Positions 17,312 to 27,488 of a DNA stretch of 64,000 nucleotides are shown here, piece after piece. The first letter of the stretch is position 1. Each line of letters starts with the position of its first letter. The stretch comes from a virus. The notes beneath the pieces were generated by a model that worked only from the letters and a program-made list of their open reading frames with translations, had not been told where the DNA came from and did no database searches. The stretch is taken from positions 3,834 to 67,833 of IMG/VR virus record IMGVR_UViG_3300050821_001994; one strand, 5' to 3'. Position numbers and translations under genes: made by a program.

Positions 17312-17356
17312 TACGCTCGCCCGAATACTTGCCCGCCTCAAAGAAGACTTTCATAA

Positions 17357-17578
17357 ATGAAATTTAATCTCATCGACAAAGTATTAAGCGCGTGTAAGGA
17401 CTATCACGTTCCCGCGTGCCTGCTAGTGTTTTTCACGGGAGTCGTACTTGCTATTTTTCGCAGGCTTGATATGTCCTTTGTAGCCTTTACAGGCGTTGTA
17501 GTTGGCGGGATTACCGGGCACGCTTACAGTGCAGCCGGGAAGCCCGATGCGGATTCCGGACAGGACGATAGTAAATAA
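17357..17578 (+). CDS. Holin-like small membrane protein
   Basis: Two TM segments and a charged C-terminal tail. Confidence 0.45.
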   Translation: MKFNLIDKVLSACKDYHVPACLLVFFTGVVLAIFRRLDMSFVAFTGVVVGGITGHAYSAAGKPDADSGQDDSK

Positions 17579-18117
17579 TGGCGAAAGTTTATTCCAAAGA
17601 ATATCGGGTGCTCGTCGGGAAGAACTCCCGGCTAAGATGCACTTACGGGATTAGTCCCGAAGAATTGGTTAAGTTAATCGAAAAGCAGGGCAATAAATGC
17701 GCCATCTGCCGTGTGGTATTTGGGACTGAAAAGAAGAACAGCCCGCACGTAGATCACGACCATTCTTCGGGTTGGGTTAGAGGGGTGCTGTGTACAGGAT
17801 GTAATACCGGGTTGGGCAATTTCGGGGATGATCCAAACCACCTAACCAACGCCGCTGACTATTTAATTAGCAACGCTCCGCCCACGGAATTCAACATCCA
17901 CGCGGCTCGACAATCAGTGATGATTCATCCTAGCGATCCTCGAAAATACACACCTGAGGAGCGGGAGCGGAGACGGCAACTGATGCTCGGAAATAAGTGG
18001 CGTCAGGGCGTCCCGGCATGGAACAGGGGTAAAGAATGGGATGCGGATACTCGGCAGAAGATGAGTGAATCGGCTATTAGACGTTGGAGTGTAGGAGAGA
18101 AAGCAAATGTCGAATAG
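17578..18117 (+). CDS. Endonuclease VII-domain homing endonuclease with NUMOD3-like tail
   Basis: CAIC..HVDHDHSSGWVRGVLCTGCNTGLG; WNRGK..TRQKMSES. Confidence 0.85.
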   Translation: MAKVYSKEYRVLVGKNSRLRCTYGISPEELVKLIEKQGNKCAICRVVFGTEKKNSPHVDHDHSSGWVRGVLCTGCNTGLGNFGDDPNHLTNAADYLISNAPPTEFNIHAARQSVMIHPSDPRKYTPEERERRRQLMLGNKWRQGVPAWNRGKEWDADTRQKMSESAIRRWSVGEKANVE

Positions 18118-19180
18118 TTCCTACGTGCTTCAGGATGTCGCCGACATAATCTCCACAAACGGGGATACCGCTCCTGCTCTAGCTACGGGCGGGTTCTCGC
18201 AGCAGCCCGTAATCCAGATCGCAAACAAGATCATGGCCGCTATGCTGAACGGCGGAGCCAACGGGCAGCCGATGAACTGGAAATGGAATCGTTTTAACGT
18301 TACTCCATTTCCAACAATTAGCTGGCAGCAGGACTACTTCGTTCCGGGTCTCGTGCAACTGTCTTGGCTGGAATCGGCGTGGGCAATTTGCTTCACGAAT
18401 ACTTCTCAGCCAAAACCTAAGATTCCGCTCGAATGCCACAAGGATTTGCAAGTCACGTATCAACAGTGCGGTTATCCGGGCAAGGTCTGCTGGATTCCCA
18501 ATAGTCAGGCACAAACCGGGACTTGGGGAGCTACCGAACTTCAGACTCCGACCGGACAGAACAATCCGGGCCCCGGCGTTGTGTATACGAACCCGCTGAC
18601 AACTACGACGCAGCCTGCCAACCCGATTACGCAGATCACCGATCCAAACGGAAATCTGTGGGTAGTAACTACGTACGGGACTTGCGGGAACTCGCAGCCC
18701 TCGTGGACTGCTAGCCCAACCTACCCAACTCTCACGAGCCCGAATACAGTTGCTTCGACCATTGCGGATGGTTCTGTAGTTTGGACCGCTATCAATCCTA
18801 ACGGGCAAGCGATTCGGTTGAACCCGATTCCTCCCCAGCAGGGGCAAGTCTGGACGATTAACTGTGTCGGGCAGCTTCGAATCAATCAGTTCACTACGTT
18901 GACTCAGAGCCTCGGAATCTTGCCCGATGACTACTACCAAACGTTTGTAGACGGCTGCCTAGCCGAGTGTTACCGCCGAAACCCGGACCCCAAGATCAGA
19001 GTTCGATTCAAAGATGAGTGGGCTGTGTGGCTCAAGAGTCTTAAAGAGTCATTCGACTTTGCCAATAAAGAGCAGGATAACTTCGGCTTTTACCCCGGAG
19101 AAGGCGTGATGGAAACCGGGGCAGGTTCTATTTGGCTCGGGCCAGCCGCGCCGTATCCGGGATGGCCTTGGTATTATTGA
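18107..19180 (+). CDS. Probable head-tail adaptor protein
   Basis: Position; NWKWNR and LPDDY motifs shared with 20144-21043. Confidence 0.55.
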   Translation: MSNSSYVLQDVADIISTNGDTAPALATGGFSQQPVIQIANKIMAAMLNGGANGQPMNWKWNRFNVTPFPTISWQQDYFVPGLVQLSWLESAWAICFTNTSQPKPKIPLECHKDLQVTYQQCGYPGKVCWIPNSQAQTGTWGATELQTPTGQNNPGPGVVYTNPLTTTTQPANPITQITDPNGNLWVVTTYGTCGNSQPSWTASPTYPTLTSPNTVASTIADGSVVWTAINPNGQAIRLNPIPPQQGQVWTINCVGQLRINQFTTLTQSLGILPDDYYQTFVDGCLAECYRRNPDPKIRVRFKDEWAVWLKSLKESFDFANKEQDNFGFYPGEGVMETGAGSIWLGPAAPYPGWPWYY

Positions 19181-19695
19181 ACGTGCTTCCAAGTAAGGCC
19201 ACGATGAATATCTCCTATCGTGGAATGCTGAACGCCAAACATACGGGCAATAGCGGAGTGCGATGTTCCTTCGGAAAGCAATTGGCGAATCTCTTGAACG
19301 GCTCGTTCATCAAGTTTGGACTGATGGTGGCTTTCGCCTTTAGATGGGTTCCACAATCCATTATCAACCGCGTGGTTGATGTTATGTTTGCTGGAGCACC
19401 ATTCTAAATTCTCAACCCGATTATCGGTCTTTACAGTATTCTTGTGATTTACTTGGGGAAAATTATCTGGGTTCGGGATAAAAGCTTGAGCAACTAAACG
19501 ATGTTCTTTGAACATTCGTCGTTTCCCGTCAAGTTTGTACAGTAGCAATATCCGATACCCATCTTGATCTAAGCCACCCGCCAAAATCTTTCCGGGATAA
19601 GAATGTTTGGATGGTGCGACTCGCTTAACTCGTCCGAGATCAGAAACCTCGTATATTCCTTCGTAACCTGCGATTGGTTTCCACGTCTCCGTCAT
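19174..19695 (-). CDS. NUMOD4-HNH homing endonuclease with C-terminal HTH
   Basis: ETWKPIAGYEGIYEVSDLGRVK; HRLVA..VNHKN..DNRVENLEW. Confidence 0.92.
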   Translation of the reverse strand: MTETWKPIAGYEGIYEVSDLGRVKRVAPSKHSYPGKILAGGLDQDGYRILLLYKLDGKRRMFKEHRLVAQAFIPNPDNFPQVNHKNTVKTDNRVENLEWCSSKHNINHAVDNGLWNPSKGESHHQSKLDERAVQEIRQLLSEGTSHSAIARMFGVQHSTIGDIHRGLTWKHVQ

Positions 19696-20096
19696 CCGAT
19701 CCTCTGTTTCATATTGGCCTCCCACTCGATAGTAAAAATTCGAATGGCTTCGTGGTCTTTAACGCCGTAGTAAGATATTCGGTTTACGGTGGTTTCCCAG
19801 ATGGTTTTGCTTCTCTTTATTTGGACCCAAGAATGAGGACGCCAAACACCATCTTCAAGAGTCAAGGCGTATCCTGTGCAATACGATCTCGTCCACGGTT
19901 TTTGTAGTACCAAATCCAAAGAATTCTGATGGCAGCGACTACGTTCTCCCGGCTTTCTTACAATCTTCGGAGACATGTCTAAGTGCCCTTTTTTCAATAA
20001 GATTTCTACTGTCTCGGGATGATTTGTACCGTTTGTGGTGACAACCCGATGTCCCCCGAAGGACAGTAGCTTTCTTTCCAATTCCGAAATATCCAT
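19692..20096 (-). CDS. Hypothetical protein (antisense insertion)
   Basis: CHQN..GYA..HSW motif; own TTGACA-17-TAATAT promoter at 20134-20106. Confidence 0.65.
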   Translation of the reverse strand: MDISELERKLLSFGGHRVVTTNGTNHPETVEILLKKGHLDMSPKIVRKPGERSRCHQNSLDLVLQKPWTRSYCTGYALTLEDGVWRPHSWVQIKRSKTIWETTVNRISYYGVKDHEAIRIFTIEWEANMKQRIG

Positions 20097-20143
20097 AATC
20101 GACAAATATTACCACAAGTTTGTCAACTTGTCAAAGAGGATAG

Positions 20144-21043
20144 ATGGCGAGCACCAAAAAAATCCTAGATTCGATGGAGTGGGTGAAGAAATTCATCTAC
20201 AATCGCCAGTTTTCTATTGGCGATTTCAAAGAGCCCCTCATCACGTCCGCCAATACTGTTCTTCAGACAATCCTTGGAAAACCGTTTCGCTGGCAATGGA
20301 ACCGTACGGTTTCCGGATTCATCACTACAGCCGGACAGCAGGATTACCTCCTACTTTACTCGTGGCCCGCGTCCACAGCATTGACGGCAGGCACGTTCGT
20401 TATTGACTCGAACGGAAATACTCAGAAGGTTACGACAGGCGGGACTACGGGCAGTTCGATCCCGTCTTTCAACGGCACGTTAAACGGAACTACGACCGAC
20501 AACACCGTTACTTGGACAAATGTCGGTTCAGTTCCCAACGCCTCGGCCTCGTACAACTTTGGCTGGATGGAAAATGCTTCTGTCAAAGACCCGACGACTT
20601 CAAAGTGGGTTCAGATTTCGAACAAAGTTGATCTTGCTCTAGACACCGCGAGCAGCCGACCGGGGAATATTTCGGCAGAACTTATCGGCTCGCTAGGGAT
20701 AGTTTTCAGATTGATGCCCGTTCCCGACAAGGCTTACACCGTCGCAATTACAATGCAGCAGAACGCACAGTTGATTTCGAGTCTCAATCAGACTTGGAGC
20801 CCGCTACCAGATGATCTCGGGTATGTCTATCAGATGGGTCTTTTGTCCTTCGCCTACGAATTTTCTGACGACCCCCGTTGGGCCCCGGCTCGACAGAGAT
20901 TTATTGCCAGTTTGCTCGGGGCTGCTGAAGGATTAACCGCCACTGAAATTGATATTTTTCTGGCTAATTTTAACGCTATCTCGCTGTCTCCAATCGAGCG
21001 GCAGATGACACTTCAACAGGGTGTGAATCACCGCGCAATTTAG
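20144..21043 (+). CDS. Probable head-tail adaptor or tail protein
   Basis: Paralogous motifs with 18107-19180; AGAGGA RBS. Confidence 0.55.
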   Translation: MASTKKILDSMEWVKKFIYNRQFSIGDFKEPLITSANTVLQTILGKPFRWQWNRTVSGFITTAGQQDYLLLYSWPASTALTAGTFVIDSNGNTQKVTTGGTTGSSIPSFNGTLNGTTTDNTVTWTNVGSVPNASASYNFGWMENASVKDPTTSKWVQISNKVDLALDTASSRPGNISAELIGSLGIVFRLMPVPDKAYTVAITMQQNAQLISSLNQTWSPLPDDLGYVYQMGLLSFAYEFSDDPRWAPARQRFIASLLGAAEGLTATEIDIFLANFNAISLSPIERQMTLQQGVNHRAI

Positions 21044-21061
21044 TACGGAAAACGGAGACTG

Positions 21062-24000
21062 ATGGCAGGATCGCTACAATTAGCGGGCGCTCAGGGACAG
21101 AAACCGCCCCGATATGCAAGCCTCTATACTAGCCGCTACTTCAGCGGGCTCGTAACACAGCGGAGTCCTCTCCGGTCTGCGGGCAGTGCGTATGAAGAAC
21201 GATACCTCGGGACTCGCGGGGACGCGCTGATCGACGGGTCGAACTGCGAGATCACGCCCAAGCTCACACTTGCCCGTCGTCCGGGCAATCCTGTTTATAA
21301 CTCGAATACTTTCTCGGCAGTTAATGCTTTCTATTCCTTCCGGGAATTCGGAACGAACTCCGAGCAGATTCGGGTGATGGCGGACACGGCGTCCGTACTT
21401 TACGACGCCACGGCTGGCGGGCAGATTACCGTCTTCAACAAGTCTGCGGGCTCCGGGCAGACATTCATGCAGTCGGTCGGAAACACCTTGTTCTTCGCGA
21501 ACGGTGTTGACCAGAAGAAATGGATTCAAAGCCTGTTCTCACGGACGGCTAGCGGAACTTTGCCCGTAATCGGAAACAGCACCACTCTTACATCGGCTTC
21601 GACTCCGTTCATCAGCACGTACCTGATCGACTCGAACGGCAATCTTCAGGAGTTGCTCGCGACCAAGCAGACGACGGTCACGAACGTAGCGTATGTCAGT
21701 TCGACAAACACGCTTACGCTGACTGTTGGCTCGACGGCGGGTATCACTGCTAACGAGCTTCTCATCATCTGGGATGCGGCCACCGCTACTTGGCTCAACG
21801 GAGTTACGCTTTCCGTACTGACAGCCACGGGTGTGACTGTTACCGCGAAGCTAGTAGACGCCACTCACGCCGACTACACTTCGGCTGCCGAAACCGCGAC
21901 TATAACTTTAGCCTCGGGCGGCACTCCCGTCACGGGCGGAAGTGTACCTACTTGGAACACAACTGTACCCTCTTCTAGCAACAACTTCCAAGGCGGAATC
22001 ACAGTTGACGGAACTGCTGAGTGGATCAATCGCGGAAACCCCGTAAAAAATTGGGGGATTGTGGCCGGAAGTTCGGCACCCACGGTTTCAGTCGGAACTT
22101 CCGCCATTGCGTGGAAGTCGAACACTTTTTTCTCGCTTACGAGCGCCTTAATTGATACGCAGTTCGGCGGGCAGACAAATATCTGGCAGGTAACCGTTGC
22201 CGGAAAGTCCGGACTTTCAAATCCCTTCACGAGCAATCCGACTTCTGGAACCACGACCGTCACAGACGGTACGGTAACTTGGAAGTGCGTTGCCAGCACG
22301 AACTCCGGGGACGCTGCTTGGGCCGCACATACTTCCTACTCTAACGGGCATCTGATTGTCCAGCCCGCAGGCCCGTCGTCCGTAAAGTCTCTGTTCCAGC
22401 TTCAATACTCGACTTCTAACCCGACGATCTTGCTCTCGGGCGGGGCCTACGTCACGGCCACGATTTATCCGCACAATCATTCGTTTGCCGGACAATGCGA
22501 TCTGTTCTTCGGTAGCTTACCCGGATCGCTCGCAACTGATAACGCAGGAAACAGCATCCTATACAATGCTTCGGGCGATGTTGTTAGTGCTTTGGTTCAG
22601 TCTATTCTGAACGGTGCCGGGGAAACCACGGGCACCCGTACCCCCTTTCCGTCGTTCATCACGCAGTACAACATGACGGTGGTCTTTACCTTGACCATCC
22701 CTGCGGCGGGACAGTACACGTTTAACATAACGCACGATGACGGGATGTACTTCGGTATTAGCACGGGGTTGTCGAGCAGCGCGATTCCGGTTTATGTCAG
22801 TGGGCCGAAAGTAAATCTCACGGGCGTGCAGGCGACGAGCACGGCGGTCAACGGCTATACGGTTTACGGAGGAAACAACGTCTCCGGTCTGAATGCCGAT
22901 AACTATACGGTCAACTTCCCGTCCGCCGACACGTACATATTCGAAATTGATTATTGCCAGTGGGAGTCTGAGAGTCAGCTTGTATTCAAGGTTAACGGGC
23001 AGACTCCCGTTCCGGGTACGCCCGAGACGGGCGCGTCTGCCCCTCTGTTCCCGGCTTTCTCCACATCCTTTGCTCCTAACTACGCGAGTGTCAAGGAATC
23101 GGCCAATCAATACCAGTGGAACAACCTAGGTCCGATCACAGATGCGGTATGGGCTTCGGGCGTGAGCTACACGCTTCCGAATACCACGATCACCGATCCG
23201 AACAACAACACTGAAGCACCGTTCCGGGCAGGAACTTCGAGCACGACTGTTCCTGCGTTTGCTACAGGCATCAACCAGCTTACCAACGATAACCCGAATC
23301 TTGTCTGGATCAACAAAGGTCCGGCGACGGCTCCTCCGGTTGGGACCGTAAGCGCCTTTAACGGCGGGTACAACTACTGTGTTGCTCTGATGAACTCGGC
23401 GACTGACACAGTTTCGAATGCCTCTTCGTTAACGACGGGGACGGGCGGATTTACAGGAGTTACCGGAAATTTTGTAGGTGCTTCCGGAATCACCATTACC
23501 GGGGGTTTACCGCCAACCGCGAGTATTGATCCTCAGTCGGATTTCGTAGCCGTTTTCCGGACTACGGACGGCGGAGCTACACCATTTCTCATTCCCGGAG
23601 CAACTAACTTCCTGATTGGGACAATACCCTTGCCTGCGTATTTGGCAAATGGGTACTTTGATACTACTCCTGATGACGGGCTGAACAACCTAATCGAAGC
23701 ACCAATTGCGGGGGAGAATACTCCTCCGGGCCTCGGAGCGCAGAACCTTACTTTCCATCTTAGCCGTATCTGGTTCTCAATTGGGAACGTTGTATTTTGG
23801 ACCTCAGGGCCCGACACACCCATCGGCAACGGTGTGGAAGGTGTACTGCCGATAAATACCCAGACCTTCCCGTCGCTCGTGAAACGATTGGTCCCCACTA
23901 CGGTAGGAATCTTTGTATTCACGGTTTCGGATATCTACGTTATCGTCGGGCAAGGGACCACAACCAGCCCCCTTCAGCCCGCGTATCCATACGCTACTGG

Positions 24001-24781
24001 CCTTGGTCTTCTGAGCTACAACGCGCTGGACATTTTTGGCTCGTCCATTGGGTTCTTTGCCACGGACAAGACTTTTAACGTACTGGACATTTCATCCGGG
24101 CCTTCGGAAGTCGGGTTCAATATTGGTGATAAACTACAGACTAGCCAGTGGAACCCTTCGAACGTCTATGTTACTTGGCACTCCTCCGGCGAGGACAAGG
24201 CATGGTTCTTGTCTGACGGTTCCACAGGCTGGTACAGAGTTGGAGTAACTCCTAGTCCCGAACAGGGTGTCACGATCTCGCCCTTCGCGACCGTTGTGGG
24301 TGGCTGCAAAGCAGTCACGTCGATAGAGACCTCGCCCGGAACCCATCAACTACTCGTCGGGCCTACGACTTCGGGATCGATACTTGCCCGTAGTTTAACG
24401 ACTTTCACAGACAATACTTCTTCCTATACGTGGTTTGCCACAGTCGGGAGCCACGTTCTCGCAAATCCCGGCCAGCTTGCGCTAGTGGCGTTCTTGACTA
24501 CGGATAGCGTTGCTGTAGGCACGCCTCTTTCGATGAGTGTGATTTTAGACGAGGCGGTTCCGTATTACACAGGGTCATTCGAGCCGATCAACGAATACGT
24601 AGAAGACCCGCCCACTATAAAGCCAAGCACAAGCACGTATGCACAGCGGTTCTATTTGAATCTCACGCAAGAGCCCGCTGTCTGTCGTCACATGCAATAT
24701 AGGATTGATTTCCCGGCAGAAGCGGCAAAGAACGAAGTGATCGCGGCGACAATTTTTGGGGCTATTCTGGTGGAACAGTAA
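21062..24781 (+). CDS. Tail nozzle/hub-like protein with PA14-like insertion
   Basis: 1239 aa, beta-rich; N-terminal NCEITPKLTLARRPG; YTFNITHDDG..FEIDYCQ resembles PA14. Confidence 0.6.
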   Translation: MAGSLQLAGAQGQKPPRYASLYTSRYFSGLVTQRSPLRSAGSAYEERYLGTRGDALIDGSNCEITPKLTLARRPGNPVYNSNTFSAVNAFYSFREFGTNSEQIRVMADTASVLYDATAGGQITVFNKSAGSGQTFMQSVGNTLFFANGVDQKKWIQSLFSRTASGTLPVIGNSTTLTSASTPFISTYLIDSNGNLQELLATKQTTVTNVAYVSSTNTLTLTVGSTAGITANELLIIWDAATATWLNGVTLSVLTATGVTVTAKLVDATHADYTSAAETATITLASGGTPVTGGSVPTWNTTVPSSSNNFQGGITVDGTAEWINRGNPVKNWGIVAGSSAPTVSVGTSAIAWKSNTFFSLTSALIDTQFGGQTNIWQVTVAGKSGLSNPFTSNPTSGTTTVTDGTVTWKCVASTNSGDAAWAAHTSYSNGHLIVQPAGPSSVKSLFQLQYSTSNPTILLSGGAYVTATIYPHNHSFAGQCDLFFGSLPGSLATDNAGNSILYNASGDVVSALVQSILNGAGETTGTRTPFPSFITQYNMTVVFTLTIPAAGQYTFNITHDDGMYFGISTGLSSSAIPVYVSGPKVNLTGVQATSTAVNGYTVYGGNNVSGLNADNYTVNFPSADTYIFEIDYCQWESESQLVFKVNGQTPVPGTPETGASAPLFPAFSTSFAPNYASVKESANQYQWNNLGPITDAVWASGVSYTLPNTTITDPNNNTEAPFRAGTSSTTVPAFATGINQLTNDNPNLVWINKGPATAPPVGTVSAFNGGYNYCVALMNSATDTVSNASSLTTGTGGFTGVTGNFVGASGITITGGLPPTASIDPQSDFVAVFRTTDGGATPFLIPGATNFLIGTIPLPAYLANGYFDTTPDDGLNNLIEAPIAGENTPPGLGAQNLTFHLSRIWFSIGNVVFWTSGPDTPIGNGVEGVLPINTQTFPSLVKRLVPTTVGIFVFTVSDIYVIVGQGTTTSPLQPAYPYATGLGLLSYNALDIFGSSIGFFATDKTFNVLDISSGPSEVGFNIGDKLQTSQWNPSNVYVTWHSSGEDKAWFLSDGSTGWYRVGVTPSPEQGVTISPFATVVGGCKAVTSIETSPGTHQLLVGPTTSGSILARSLTTFTDNTSSYTWFATVGSHVLANPGQLALVAFLTTDSVAVGTPLSMSVILDEAVPYYTGSFEPINEYVEDPPTIKPSTSTYAQRFYLNLTQEPAVCRHMQYRIDFPAEAAKNEVIAATIFGAILVEQ

Positions 24782-24782
24782 G

Positions 24783-25472
24783 ATGCCGACTATAGCGGAG
24801 AGCACTGGAACTGATATTTCGGGCTACACCTATACCCTTCCGGGCCCGCCTGCGACTCAGTTTCAAGACCAGCCGCTGCTGCCAACGCGAGATTCGAAAC
24901 TACGGTTCACGCCTCCGTATCTTCCGGGCATCTTCCCTTCGTCTGATGCTTTGCTCGGATACCATCTTGGTGGAATGATGCCGCAGTATCGGATTCCTGT
25001 TCCTCCTCAAGCTACGGCGCAGGGAGCCAGCACTTCGACCGCAACAGCAATCGTTACTACATCGTCATCCAGTAGCACGAACAATCCGGCCAAGGCTCAG
25101 ACCGCTTCTCTGACAACTCTGACATTGAATCCGGGCGATCAGTTTACGGGCGTCCTGACAATGGCTAAGGCATTCGTAGTCTTGACCGTGACGGTGAATG
25201 TTCCGGCACGGGTAAGGCTCTACAGTACGGTTTCCGCACAGACTGCGGACCTTACCCGTCCGTTTACCCAAGGGCCCGGATACGGCACAGAACAAGGCAT
25301 CATCGGGGACATCGTGCTAGATACCGCACCCGCGATCTGGCAGGCGGTCAACATGGTTGGGGCGAACGGCGACAGTCCTCAGAGCGCAACCATATATTGT
25401 ACCGTTGACAATATCAGTAATGCCAGCGAAACCGTCACAGCGTCAGTAGTTTACGTTCCAGTTCAAAGTTAG
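24783..25472 (+). CDS. Probable virion protein
   Basis: T/S-rich; follows the nozzle-like gene. Confidence 0.55.
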   Translation: MPTIAESTGTDISGYTYTLPGPPATQFQDQPLLPTRDSKLRFTPPYLPGIFPSSDALLGYHLGGMMPQYRIPVPPQATAQGASTSTATAIVTTSSSSSTNNPAKAQTASLTTLTLNPGDQFTGVLTMAKAFVVLTVTVNVPARVRLYSTVSAQTADLTRPFTQGPGYGTEQGIIGDIVLDTAPAIWQAVNMVGANGDSPQSATIYCTVDNISNASETVTASVVYVPVQS

Positions 25473-25483
25473 GATTTGTCAAT

Positions 25484-25858
25484 ATGACACTAAGGCCCTT
25501 AAATCCCGAAGACCGTCCACTAGTTGAATCGTGGATAGCGGCGGAAGCCCATCACCAGAGTAATACTTTTGAGTTCTATCAAGAAGTGGGGACTAAATCT
25601 GTGATGTGTGTGGATGAGGGCGGAGAGGTTTTCGTTCTGAAGTTTACACCGTGTCTTCGGACGGATATAGACTTTTCTTCCACAGCGGGGCCAGCCCGGA
25701 TAGGGAAGGTTCTGGCCGAGGTAATCAACGAAATGACAGACACGGCGAAGAAGCAAGGGTTCAAAGAATTTGTGTTCGATTCTACAAGCCCGAAGCTGAT
25801 TGCGTTCTGCGAACGACTCGGGTTTCAGAAAACGGACGATTACCGAAAGGTGCTATAA
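25484..25858 (+). CDS. Hypothetical GNAT-fold-like protein
   Basis: LRPL at start and FCERLGF near end; position before ejection genes. Confidence 0.45.
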   Translation: MTLRPLNPEDRPLVESWIAAEAHHQSNTFEFYQEVGTKSVMCVDEGGEVFVLKFTPCLRTDIDFSSTAGPARIGKVLAEVINEMTDTAKKQGFKEFVFDSTSPKLIAFCERLGFQKTDDYRKVL

Positions 25859-26917
25859 ATGTGCGGTGCGAGTAGCGATCAAAAACAAATCGCGCAGGAA
25901 CAGAAGCAGAACTTCCAGCAGATGTCGGCCCAATCAGCGGCAGTTTTTGGGGCGGGTTCTCAAATTTTCAATGATTTAAGTTCTTCTTTTGAACCCGTAC
26001 TGGCTGCCGGACCAGATCAGGCGGGCTACTCTGCTCCGGAATTGGCGGCTCTGAAATCAGCGGCGATCTCGAACACCGGAACTGCCTACCGAAATGCCGC
26101 TGCTGCTACGGGCGAACGCATTGCTGCCTCGGGCGGGGGCAACGCGATCCTGCCTTCCGGTCAAAGTGATGCCCTGCAAGCACAAGTTGCGGAAGCAGGC
26201 GCGGCTCAGACTGCGGGCGAGTTAGGAAATATCAACATTCAGAATGCCGAACTTGGCCGCCAGAATTGGATGAACGCCGCTGGTGTGCTTTCTGGCGCTA
26301 CGAACGTATTCAATCCAGCCACGGGAGCGGGCAACGCTGCTACTGGCTCGGGAAGTGCGGCTATGACTAGCGCAAATGACGTACAAACGGCTAATAGGGC
26401 ACTTACTGGTGATATAATGGGAGTTGTGCAAGCCGGGGCGGGAGTAGCTGGCGACATTATGTGCCCCGCCAAAGGCTCCCCGTATCTAATGGCCGATGGG
26501 TCAGAAAAGCCCGTCGAGTTACTCGAAGTCGGAGAACTGATCCAAGGCATCGACGGCGAGCCGCAGATTATCGAGGAAATTCAGTCCGCGATTACGCCCA
26601 TCCTTCGAGTAGAAACTGAAGACGGGCATGTTGCTCGGAACTCCAGAGTCCACGCCTATGCTTTGCCTGCTGGTGGGTTTACTGTAGCTATGCACTCGCT
26701 CGGAAAGACCATTCTTACGGAAACCGGACGAAGCAAAGTTGTCAGAGTTCAGTGGGCAGGCGAAGATTGGGTATTCAACGTTATTACCAACGGTTCCCAT
26801 ACCTATCGGGCGAGCGGAGTTTGGGCCCTCGGGGTCGGGGAAGCAGAGCGTCAAGTCAGTATGTCGAAATGGAATGAAATTGGTGACGGGCTAGCACTCG
26901 CGCAAGGGAGTAAATAG
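25859..26917 (+). CDS. Probable DNA ejection protein with C-terminal Hint domain
   Basis: A/G/Q-rich N-terminus; CPAKGSPYLMADGSEKPVELLEVGELI..VFNVITNGSHTYRASGV. Confidence 0.75.
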   Translation: MCGASSDQKQIAQEQKQNFQQMSAQSAAVFGAGSQIFNDLSSSFEPVLAAGPDQAGYSAPELAALKSAAISNTGTAYRNAAAATGERIAASGGGNAILPSGQSDALQAQVAEAGAAQTAGELGNINIQNAELGRQNWMNAAGVLSGATNVFNPATGAGNAATGSGSAAMTSANDVQTANRALTGDIMGVVQAGAGVAGDIMCPAKGSPYLMADGSEKPVELLEVGELIQGIDGEPQIIEEIQSAITPILRVETEDGHVARNSRVHAYALPAGGFTVAMHSLGKTILTETGRSKVVRVQWAGEDWVFNVITNGSHTYRASGVWALGVGEAERQVSMSKWNEIGDGLALAQGSK

Positions 26918-26921
26918 TAGC

Positions 26922-27452
26922 TTACATTCCGGATATTCTCCGCACCCAACCACGCGGGTTTCTACTATAGTTCCGAGAAGAACGGTATTGATTGCTTAAT
27001 CTATAATTTTTCTGTGCTTTTAACCACCCAACTCGGTATCTCCCGTTCGGGTATTTATTGTGGCAACTTCCACATAATTTCTTCCCGCTCCACACATAGC
27101 GTCCTTTAGAACATCTTCTGTGGGAGTGACGGCGGCACGCTATAAAGGTTGTTTCCCACTTTTTAGCCCGCCGTTCTCTGGATTCCACAGAACGAGAATA
27201 ATTGTTGGAACACTTTGAGCATCCTTTGGTTCTGCTTCCGTGTAGCCAAGAAGAAATCTTTATTGGTTTGTCGTGCTCTAAGCAAAGTCTTTTTTCAGGC
27301 GGGGGAACGGCAACTATTTTATTTCTTCTTTGAATTCTTTCTTTTTGACACTCTGAGCAAGATTGATTCCTATGCCCCGCAAGCCACAGACTAGGAGCTA
27401 TAGGTCTGCGATGTTTCTTACAAAGCCTTTTGCTCGGCGGCGGAATCTTCAC
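26922..27452 (-). CDS. Basic Cys/His-repeat protein (antisense insertion)
   Basis: Three CxxH..CxxC units; own promoter at 27487-27459. Confidence 0.6.
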   Translation of the reverse strand: MKIPPPSKRLCKKHRRPIAPSLWLAGHRNQSCSECQKERIQRRNKIVAVPPPEKRLCLEHDKPIKISSWLHGSRTKGCSKCSNNYSRSVESRERRAKKWETTFIACRRHSHRRCSKGRYVWSGKKLCGSCHNKYPNGRYRVGWLKAQKNYRLSNQYRSSRNYSRNPRGWVRRISGM

Positions 27453-27488
27453 AGGTAAATGGTATAATTAAGGATTGAATTTGTCAAT

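Noticed and set aside
26462-26917. Canonical splicing intein
   Set aside because: No terminal His-Asn followed by Cys/Ser/Thr
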